From NCBI RefSeq assembly GCF_902713615.1, contig NC_052162.1:61309913-61373912 (forward strand): DNA of 64,000 nt, in the 5' to 3' direction. Within the stretch, counting starts at the first letter, position 1. Each line of letters starts with the position of its first letter. This document shows, in pieces, positions 52,902-62,911 of this stretch. The notes beneath the pieces were generated by a model. It did not search any database and was not told where the DNA came from. It saw nothing but the letters and a program-made list of their open reading frames with translations. This DNA is from Scyliorhinus canicula. Its lineage: Eukaryota. Made by a program: the position numbers and the translations under genes.

Positions 52902-53986
52902 CCGGCCAAATTGTCGAAAAATATTCTGCCGGCTCCACGCCCTGCAATCCCTCCGGCAGGCCCATGATTGAGGTTCAAACACTTCGACCTATTTTCCATA
53001 TCATCTACCTTGGCTTTCAGGCCCTTGGTTTTATCCGTCAGAATCTACACTTCAGCCTCCAATGAAACCGGTCAGTCGATGTCTTTTGACAAGGCCTCCT
53101 CAACACCCTTTAACATCTCACCTTTCTGCCTCACAGCCATGACAGTTTTGACAAGCTGCTCCCGAAGCTGGCCCTGCCCCTCCTCGACAGAGGCTTTAAG
53201 CGACTCCTTGTTGCTCAAATCTGTCCTCCATTTGGCGTCTGAATTTTTCAAGCTCCTGCGCCATCCCCCTCGACAAGGTTTCCAGCTTGACGGGCACGGC
53301 CGCTTCCTCCGTTATCTTGTCTCCCTCTAGTTCTTTTTACTGGGCTCCCTTCCTGGGATTTCTTCCCTGCTGCCGCCTTCAATGCCTATTTCGACATTCT
53401 CTCCATACATTAAACTCCCGACTAAACTACTGAATTAAAACCCTAAAAAACTCCAGACAAAAACGGGCAAAAAGACCAAAATATCAGGACCTTAGCGGGA
53501 GCCACTTTTTGTCCGACTTTCTTCTACATCGCACCGGAAGGGTCTTGTTGCAATACCTTTAGTACATGTTTTTTAATTGTGTTGACAGCGGTGCTGCGTC
53601 AAGCACTTTTTGAAAATCCTGAAGACAACATTCACAGCATTCACCCTTCCATTGATTATTTTGTTAATGCAGTTCCTCATTGCTTATTATTAAAGGAGTT
53701 AGAGATGTTTCAGAATTGTGCACTTGGGGATATCTGCTGTTTTGTGGACAGGTGTTTGTGTTATGTTGCTGTTTTGCAAAAGTTGATGCTGTTTTTGCCA
53801 GGAGAGGGTTATGGGGAATTTTGTTGACATCCTGACAGATTTGTTGTAATCCAAAAAGTGAGAAATAATTATGATGGGGTCAGGGAATTTTTTTGCTGTT
53901 TTTGCAATAGGTGGGAAGAAGGAATCAACACTGTCTTGTGTTCATGGTTAATTTGCTGTATGACTGACGGTCTCCATTTCTTCCAG

Positions 53987-54084
53987 GTACAGGCAGAAGG
54001 TTGCGATGACTCCAGCGTCACATTTGTGTTGCATGACGAGGACCACACTCTTGGGAATGCCCTACGATACATGATTATGAAGAA
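53987..54084 (+). CDS. POLR1D: RPAC2 coding exon 2 (later exons not found in window)
   Basis: ttccag|GTACAG...AAGAA|gtaggt. [32 protein letters not shown] contains the RPB11/AC19 EDHTLGN signature. Confidence 0.95.
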
Positions 54085-54302
54085 GTAGGTAGTTTCTCTT
54101 TGTGGAAAAAAGTAGTTGAAAATACACTCTTGGAAAGAAAAGGCCAAGGAGCGATCCTTCTACCAATAGGAGGTTATTCATGGAGGCCCGCCTTCTCAAT
54201 CTTGCCCCTTAGAGCATAGAGCATAGAACACTACAGCGCAGTACGGGCCCTTCGGCCCTCGATGTTGCGCCGACCTGTGAAACCATCTGAAGCCTATCTG
54301 AC

Positions 54303-57300
54303 CTACACTATTCCATTTTCATCCATATGTCTATCCAGTGACCACTTAAATGCCCTTAAAGTTGGCGAGTCTACTACTGTTGCAGGCAGGGCGTTCCACA
54401 CCCTTACTACTCTCTGAGTAAAGAAACTGCCTCTGACATCTGTCCTATATCTATCACCCCTCAATTTAAAGCTATGTCCCCTCGTGTTGGTCATTACCAT
54501 CCGAGGAAAAAGACTCTCACTGTCCACCCTATCTAACCCTCTGACTATCTTATATGTCTCTATTAAGTCACCTCTCAGCCTTCTCCTCTCTAACGAAAAC
54601 AACCTCAATTCCCTGAGCCTTTCCTCGTAAGACCTTCCCTCCATACCAGGCAACATCCTAGTAAATCTCCTCTGAACCCTTTCCAAAGCTTCCACATCCT
54701 TCCTATAATGTGGTGACCAGAACTGCACGCAGTACTCCAGGTGCGGCCGCACCAGAGTTATGTACAGCTGCAGCATGACCTTATGGTTCCGAAACTCAAT
54801 CCCCCTGCTTATAAAGGCTAGCACACCATATGCCTTCTTAGCAGCCCTATTAGCCTGGGTGGCAACTTTCAGGGATTTATGTACCTGGATGCCGAGATCT
54901 CTCTGTTCATCTACACTACCAAGAATCTTGCCATTAGCCCAGTACTCTGCATTCCTGTTACTCCTTCCAAAGTGAACCACCTCACACTTTTCCGCATTAA
55001 ACTCCATCTGCCACCTCTCAGCCCAGCTCTGCAGCTTATCTATGTCCCTCTGTATCCTATAACATCCTTCAGCACTATCCACAACTCCACCGACCTTCGT
55101 GTCATCTGCAAATTTACTAACCCATCCTTCTACACCCTCTTCCAGGTCATTTATAAAAATGACAAACAGCAGTGGCCCCAAAACAGATCCTTGCGGTACA
55201 CCACTAGTAACTGAACTCCAGGATGAACATTTGCCATCAACCATCACCCTCTGTCTTCTTTCAGCTAGCCAATTACTGATCCAAACCGCTAAATCACCTT
55301 CAATTCCATACTTCCTTATTTTCTGCAATAGCCTACCGTGGGGAACCTTATCAAACGCCTTACTGAAATCCATATACACCACATCAACAGCTTTACCCTG
55401 ATCCACCTGTTTGATCACCTTCTCAAAAAACTCAATAAGGTTTGTGAGGCATGACCTACCCTTCACAAAACCGTGTTGAGTATCTCTAATCAACTTGTTC
55501 TTTTCAAGATGATTATAAACCCTATCTCTTATAACCTTTTCCAACATTTTACCCACAACCGAAGTAAGGCTCACAGGTCTATAATTACCAGGGTTGTCTC
55601 TACTCCCCTTCTTGAACAAGGGGACAACATTTGCTATCCTCCAGTCTTCCGGCACTATTCCTGTCGACAAAGACGACATAAAGATCAAGGACGGGGCAGC
55701 ACGGTGGCGCAGTGGGTTAGCCCTGTTGCCTCACGGCGCTGAGGTCCCAGGTTCGATCCCGGCTCTGGGTCACTGTCCGTGTGGAGTTTGCACATTCTCC
55801 CCGTGTTTGCGTGGGTTTCACCCCCACAACCCAAAGATGTGCAGGCTAGGTGGATTGGCTACGCTAAATTGCCCCTCAATTGGAAAAAAATTAATTGGGT
55901 ACTCTAAATTTGAAAAAAAAAAAATAAAGATCAAGGACAAAGGCTCTGCAATCTCCTCCCTGGCTTCCCAGAGAATCCTAGGATAAATCCCATCTGGCCC
56001 AGGGGACTTATCTATTTTGACATTTGCTAAAATTGCTAACACCTCCTCCTTTTGAACCTCAATTCCATCTAGCCTGGTCGACTGAACCTGAGTGTTCTCC
56101 TCGACAACATTGTCTTTCTCCAGTGTAAACACTGACGAAAAATATCCATTTAATGCTTCCCCTATCTCCTCTGATTCCGCACACAACTTTCCACTACTAT
56201 CCTTGATTGGCCCTAATCTTACTCTAGTCATTCTTTTGTTCCTGATATGCCTATAGAAAGCCTTAGGGTTTTCCTTGATCCTATCCGCCAACGACTTTTC
56301 GTGTCCTCTCCTCGCTCTTCTTAACTCTCCCTTTAGGTCCTTCCTGGCTAACTTGTAACTCTCAAGTGCCCTAACTGAGCCTTCATGTCTCATCCTAACA
56401 TAAGCTTTCTTCTTCCTCTTGACAAGTGCTTCAACTTCCTTAGTAAACCACGGTTCCCTTGCTCGACAACTTCCTCCCTGCCTGACAGGTACATACTTAT
56501 CAAGGACACGCAGTAGCTGTTCCTTGAAAAAGCTCCACATTTCGATTGTACCCATCCCCTGCAGTTTCCTTCCCCATCCTATACATCCTAAATCTTGCCG
56601 AATAGCATCATCATTGCCTTTCCCCCAGCTATAATTCTTGCCCTGCGGTATATACCTATCCCTGCCCATTGCTAAAGTAAACATAACCGAGTTGTGATCA
56701 CTATCACCAAAGTGCTCACCTACATCTAAATCTAATACCTGGCCGGGTTCATTACCCAGTACCAAATCCAATGTGGCCTCGCCCCTTGTTGGCCTGCCTA
56801 CATACTGTGTCAGAAAACCCTCCTGCACACACTGCACAAAAACTGACCCATCTATAGTAATCGAACTATAGTATTTCCAGTCAATATTTGGAAAGTTAAA
56901 GTCCCCCATAACAACTACCCTGTTACTCTCGCTCCTGTCAAGAATCATCTTTGCAATCCTTTCCTCTACATCTCTGGAACTATTCGGAGGTCTATAGACA
57001 ACTCCCAACAGGGTGACCTCTCCTCTACTGTTCCTAACCTCGGCCCATACTGCCTCAGTAGACGAGTCCTCAAGCGTCCTTTCTACCGCCGTAATACTTT
57101 CCTTGATTAACAATGCCACACCCCCCCCCTCTCTTTTACCATCTTCTCTGTTCTTACAGAAACATCTAAATCCTGGAACCTGCAACAACAATTCCTGTCC
57201 CTGCTCTACCCATGTTTCCGAAATCGCCACAACATTGAGATCCCAGGTACCAACCCATGCTGCAAGCTCACCCACCTTATTCCGGATGCTCCTGGCATTG

Positions 57301-57443
57301 AAGTAGACACACTTCAAACCAGCGTCCTGCTTGCCGGTGCCCTCTTTCGAACTTGTAACCCTATCCCTGACATCACTACTTTCAACATCCTGTACACTGG
57401 GACTACAATTTAGGTTCCCATCCCCCTGCTGAATTAGTTTAAA
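54303..57443 (-). CDS. CR1 ORF2 (APE endonuclease + reverse transcriptase), interrupted only by the SINE at 55693-55923
   Basis: NARS, ETW, YRPP, GDFN, SDH; GVPQGSVLGP, KFADD. Removing 246 bp (SINE + one TSD) rejoins EPLSLIF-MSSLSTG in frame. Confidence 0.92.
55693..55923 (+). mobile_element. Young short tRNA-derived SINE with poly(A) tail and 15-bp TSD
   Basis: A box tggcgcagtgg, B box ggttcgatccc; TSD ATAAAGATCAAGGAC at 55678-55692 and 55924-55938. Confidence 0.92.
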
Positions 57444-58376
57444 CCCCCCCCGAAGAGCACTAGCAAATCTCCCCCCCAGGATATTGGTACCCCTCTGGTT
57501 CAGATGAAGACCATCCTGTTTGTAGAGGTCCCACCTACCCCAGAATGAGCCCCAATTGTCCAGGAAACCAAAACCCTCCCTCCTGCACCATCCCTGTAGC
57601 CACGTGTTCAACTCCTCTCTCTCCTTATTTCTCTCTTCGCTAGCACGTGGCACGGGTAACAACCCAGAGATAACAACTCTGTTTGTTCTAGCTCTCAGCT
57701 TCCACCCTAGCTCCCTGAATTTCTGTCTCAAATCCCCATCTCTCTTCCTACCTATGTCGTTGGTACCTATGTGGACCACGACTTGGGGCTGCTCCCCCTC
57801 CCCCTTAAGGATCCCAAAAACACGATCAGAGACATCACGAACCCTGGCACCTGGGAGGCAACACACCAACCGTGAGTCTCTTTCTTTCTCACAGAACCTC
57901 CTGTCTGTTCCTCTAACTATGGAGTCCCCAATGACAAGTTCGCTGTTCCTCTTCTCCCTTCCCTTCTGAGCAACACGGACAGACTCTGTGCCAGAGACCT
58001 GTGCCCTATTGCTTACCCCTGGTAAGTCGTCCCCCGCAACAGTATCCAAAACGGTATACTTGTTATAGAGGGGAACGACCACAGGGGATCCCTGCACTGC
58101 CTGCCGGTTCCCTCTCCCTCCCCTGACGGTAACCCATCTACCTTCTTCTTTTACCTGAGGTGTGACTACCTCCCTATAACTCCTCTCAATAACCTCCTCT
58201 GCCTCCCGAATGATCCGAAGTTCATCCAGCTCCAGCTCCAGGTCCCTAACGCGGCTCTCGAGGAGCTGGAGTTGGGTGCACTTCCCGCAGATGTAGTCAG
58301 AAGGGACACTAGAGGTGACCCTTTCCTCCCACATTCTGCAGGAGGAACATTCAACTGCCCTAGCCTCCATTCCCAC
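57434..58376 (-). CDS. CR1 ORF1 (Zn finger / coiled coil / SGNH esterase); reads through into ORF2 in this copy
   Basis: MGMEARAVECSSCRMWE...YICGKC...IGDSIVRG...HIGTND...DGLHLN. Confidence 0.9.
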
Positions 58377-58541
58377 TGAACTAACTTCCCAACTACTGAA
58401 AAATAAAAATAAAAAACTTGTTAGTTTAGCAATCCAACAGACAGAACCTTTTTCTTGGTTAGAGGAGGAGGATGGGTGGGAGACACTACGTAAGTAGTGT
58501 TTCGGGTAAAGCTGTCACTCGAGAACAGCCCCTTCACAAAC

Positions 58542-58761
58542 CACCTTCAACTTACGCTGACCGCACTGCACGTATGCAAATCTCCCCGGAACAGCCAATC
58601 AGAAGCTCTGCTCTGCTGCCCTCTGCTGGATGCTCGCCTTCCGTCGAACTCCTCGGGTCACTGATGCAGGTGCACCTTCAACTTACGCTGACCGCACTGC
58701 ACGTATGCAAATCTCCCCGGAACAGCCAATCAGAAGCTCTGCTCTGCTGCCCTCTGCTGGA
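58542..58761. repeat. Two identical 89-bp blocks (131-bp period) in the CR1 5' UTR
   Basis: 58542-58630 equals 58673-58761; each has ATGCAAAT and AGCCAATCAG. Confidence 0.9.
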
Positions 58762-58906
58762 CCCTTGCCTGAGGTGTGGTGATATCAGGTTAAACCACAC
58801 CAGTCAGCTCACCCCATCAAAGGACAAAGCGGCCTCTTGTCTTCTGGGACTAAGGCGACTTTACCTTTACTTTACCTACCAACAACACACCTCAACCTAG
58901 ATCTAT

Positions 58907-59160
58907 GGACACGATTCTCCCAGCCCCGGGCCGGAGAATCGCCGCAACCGCGCCACGCCGCCCCAACGCCGGCGCACAATTCTCCGAGGTGCGGAGAATC
59001 GGCGCCATTTGTACCGCCACATTTGGCCGGGCTGCCGATTCTCCGGCCTGAATGGGCTGAGCGGAAACGGCAGAGTCCCGCCGGCGCCGTTCACCCCTGG
59101 TCGGTGTCGGCGGGAACTCTGCGCGAAGGATTGGGGTTGGCCTGTGGGGCGGGGAAAAGC
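58907..59160. mobile_element. Harbinger-type terminal fragment (CpG-rich)
   Basis: GG..CGATTCTCC TIR type and internal GGAGAATCG repeats. Confidence 0.5.
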
Positions 59161-59164
59161 GCTC

Positions 59165-60320
59165 CTTCACCGGAACCTTGGCAGCACATTCACCTTTACC
59201 ACCTGCACCCTCCCTGCCAATGTCAGGTGCAATGTGTCCCATCTCTTAAAATCCCCCCTTAATCGCCTCTACCAATGTTGTCAAATTCTACCTGTGCATC
59301 GTAGTCCACTCCCTCGTCACGTGAATCCCCAATACTGGAACTTTTCCCTAGTTACCTTGAATGACAACACCTCCAAGTTGGCCCCCCGCCCCGCCTCGTT
59401 CATTGGAAACACCTCAATCATCCCGACATTTAACTTATACCCAGAGAGGGCCCCAAACTTCGGCAATATTTCCATGATCCTACCCATGCTCTCCAGCGGG
59501 TCCGACACAAATAACAACAGATCGTCCACATACAACAACACCCTGTGCTCCCTGCTCCCCCTCATCACCCCCGCCACTCCAGAGACCCCCTAAGGGACAT
59601 TGTCAAAGGCTCAATCGTCAACTCGAACAACAACGGTGACAGCGGACATCTCTGTCCCATTCCCCTATGCAGTCCAAAATCCTGTGAACTCATCTCATTT
59701 GTACATACCCTTGCCACTGGGGCTACATACAACAGATGCACCCACGCCACAAACTTCGGGCCAAATCCAAACCTACCCAGAATTTGAAATAAATACCTCG
59801 ACTTCACCCGATCAAAAGCCTTCTCTGCATCCGCCCCCCTGACGGAGCCATAACCACATTTAACAGCCCCCTGATGTTGCTAGAGAGCTACCGGCCCTTT
59901 ACAAAACCTGTTTGATCCTCAGCGACCACTCCTGGTACACATCCCTCCATCCTCCCCGCCAATAACTTAGCCAACATTTTCACGTCTGTATTCAATAACA
60001 AAATGGGCCTTTGCAACCAACACTCCAACAGATCCTTTCCCTTCTTCGGGATTAACGTGATCGATGCCTGTGTCAACGTCTCTGGCAACTCCCCCTTCTC
60101 CAATGCCTCACTAAACATCCCCAACAAAAATAATGCCAACTCTGCCACAAACACTCTATAAAATTCCGAAGGGAAGCCATCCGGTCCTGGAACCTTCCCC
60201 GACTTCATCCCCTACAGCTGTCAATCACATCCCTCAGCCCCAGCGGGTCCTGCGACGTCTGCCTCCCCTCTTCCTCCAACCTTGGAAACTCCAACCCGTC
60301 CAAAAGGGGTTGATCCTGTA
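59165..60320 (-). mobile_element. L1-clade RT fragment
   Basis: GKVPGPDGFPSEFY, RPILLLNTDVK, EDQTGFVKGR, QRCPLSPLLF, LLYVDD. Confidence 0.85.
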
Positions 60321-61789
60321 TTGATACCAAATCAGGGCTCGAGGATGTCCCGTCTGGTCGTTTTCTCAAGTGATCCCTGATGTGAACAGTTGAATTGACT
60401 GCAAGGAGTTGGGGCCATGAAAATCTCCATATTACTTTTCGGTATTTAGCATGAGAGTCAAACATTGTTTTGAGGGATAAGTTACTGAAAAACTTGCAAT
60501 AACTTCCAGCTGTATATTTTCAGATATAATAGGAATTGATATGGCCTGAGGTGATTTATATTTCTAATTTCATTATTTTCATTGCAGGAAAAAACAATAT
60601 AAAGACATAATTAATACTAGAGAGAGCTGAAGTGTCTTTTAAAAATAGGTATGTAACGGAGAGGATAGATCTCTTAATGGTGCCGCTATTATCCAAGGTG
60701 GAGGAGAAAACAGTATAATGACCTCTTTAAATGAGGAATATACCATGGATATGTGCCATGGATTTAATTGAAACATTTAAGTTAGTTTTCAAGATAGCTT
60801 CATGCATGATGATTTTTCTTATTTCTTGCTGGTCTGCTACATATTCTTTTACTCCCTGTTTGAGGGAATAAACAAACAGTCTTTTGAGACTGTACCCAAC
60901 TTCAACAAAAATGGCTTTTATTCAACATGCATGAGGGAGAGCAGAACTTGGAGCTGTAATTCCAGCTTTCTTCAGAGCTACTCTGCTCCTCAAAGGTTCT
61001 TACACATTCTTATACTATCTTTGGGTTACAAAGTGTTACATTTACATTAGGTCATCATATTGTTACTTTGAATTTGTTATAGTTATGTTTTGATCACATT
61101 ATACGGATCCATTGTCCTGTGTGCTTTTAATTTTAATCGTTTTCTGGACATATCCTGTCTACCTGTTTACAATATCAAGTGTTGTGTTTGTCAAGTCGAT
61201 TTCGATGGTGTGTTATTTATTCCCATTTCCCTGATACTTGATTAGTTCCAGAGGCACAATGGCTCCTCTAGACATTGCGGAGTCTCGTTAAGCGGTATCG
61301 ATTCTCTTCCTGTTGCTGTAGCCTCGGAAAGATGTCAACTGAGGTGCAACTATGTTGGTGCTGTCTGGGATGTGGTAATTTGTCGTGTCTGTCCACAGTG
61401 AGTGTGGATACTACAGTTGGGCTGTCTATTTAACCCTTTCCATTAATTCCTCTCCTGCTGCAGTCCACACTCCCTGGGATTGGCCTCTCTCATTTTTGTT
61501 TTCCTATTTGATTTCTGTAGATAATTTGGTGTGATAATGAGCTAAGAAGAAGAAAGTGAATCATGGACCATGCATTATGTAGAGTTAGCTATAGGGGAGA
61601 AAAAAAAGTTAGGCTACTGGTCTGTGTAGTGTGAATGAACTGGGGAGGTGGGTGTCCGGAGAGATGGGCAAAGGGCATTGCGGAACGAAGAGACAGAGGC
61701 ATCATATTGGTCGTGTTTAATGTGTTGAACAAACCCCACTCCAGATAGTGCCCCCCCCCCCAAACAACCCTTGCCTTCCCCTGACCCGT

Positions 61790-62700
61790 GTACTGGCTGC
61801 AAGACATGACCTCATCAGATGGGTGGAACTCGTGGGAGCTGGTGGCCACCATCCCCAGTCCATGGTTTTCCACTGCGGTCTCCACCCTAGCTGTGTTGGC
61901 CTCGGTGCCATCTCCTGAGCCGTAGCCTCTGGGACTCCTCCAAGCGGCAATGGATCTGCTGGAGTGACGCTGACATCTCCCTCTGAATGCCCACGTTGAT
62001 CCCTGTCATCTCCATCAGCACCGGGGACCTCTGTACCACAGACTCAGCATCAGGCTGGGACCCAGCTGCGTCCTGGGATCCAGAAGCCCTCCGACTGCTG
62101 CCTTGCATGGGGATTCCTGCCTCCACCTGATGTGCATCATCAGGGTTGTGGTGCTCACCAGATTGTGCCCAGATACCTGCCCAATAACATGTCCCACCGA
62201 GCTGCGTATCAGTGCTGGTGGAAGGGGGGGGGGGGCGCAGCTGTGCCGCGACTATGGTTGCATCCTCGAAGCTCCCCTCAGGGTCAGGAGAGAGGGCCAC
62301 CCGAGATGGGCCGGTGCCGTCGGCTGGAGGACCTGCAGGAGAATGGACATGTGGTCAGTGGAAGGGATGGGTCAGTAGGTAAGGCAATCACTACTCGTAT
62401 TTGACAGGTCCCCCAAGTGGAGCCCGGTGGTTCCTCACCTTTGCAGTGTCCACCAGCCTCCGTGTGGATGACTGATCTGTCCTCGGCCACCTCCAGGGCA
62501 CGCTCCTTAAAGGAGGTGAGGATTCTTGTGTCCAGCACCGTCCGCTAGTCTGGGCCCTCTCCCGACGGTTATGGCCGAAGTTTTCCTGAGGAGACACATA
62601 GAGATCATTGTTAGCCACTCGCGTGGTTCACAATGGTGGGAAAGGTTCTGTGAAGGAGGGGTTAAGGGGGGTGGACGAAGGGCTGGGGGTCTCATGGGGA
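61790..62700 (-). mobile_element. Harbinger second-gene (Myb/SANT-like) remnant
   Basis: HNRRERAQTSG...ILTSFKERALE...EDRSV, with exon-like pieces. Confidence 0.5.
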
Positions 62701-62911
62701 GTTGAGTGGTGGATACATTTTAAAAAAAAAATTAACATGTATATTTACAGGCAAGCATCTTCATAATAACAACTGTGGCCACCCCCTTTAGCCGGCATAC
62801 ATATTTTACATTTCCCAATATGGCCGAGGCACATGTTTATAGGCATTTATTAACAATTTGGTTTTGGGCCTTAGCTTGCCATCAGACTGTCGCTTGCGGC
62901 TTTGTCCTTAC

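Larger units (their letters stand above)
51198..53545 (-). mobile_element. L1-clade 5' part (5' UTR, ORF1, EN remnant) carrying nested SINE and MITE
   Basis: 5' CTTCCGGTGCG; ORF1 remnants; FSFFSTIHKVYSRVDYF endonuclease motif. Confidence 0.7.
54211..58761 (-). mobile_element. Full-length young CR1 LINE
   Basis: Repeated 5' UTR; ORF1 (CxxC Zn finger, coiled coil, SGNH esterase GDSIVRG); ORF2 (APE, RT FADD); tail (CTCTATG)n. Possible 5-bp TSD CCCTT at 54206 and 58762; splits an older SINE. Confidence 0.95.

Noticed and set aside
60880-61560. Possible LTR/ERV fragment on the minus strand
   Set aside because: TATA-like and AATAAA signals are present, but there are no definable termini, TSD or recognisable protein motif.
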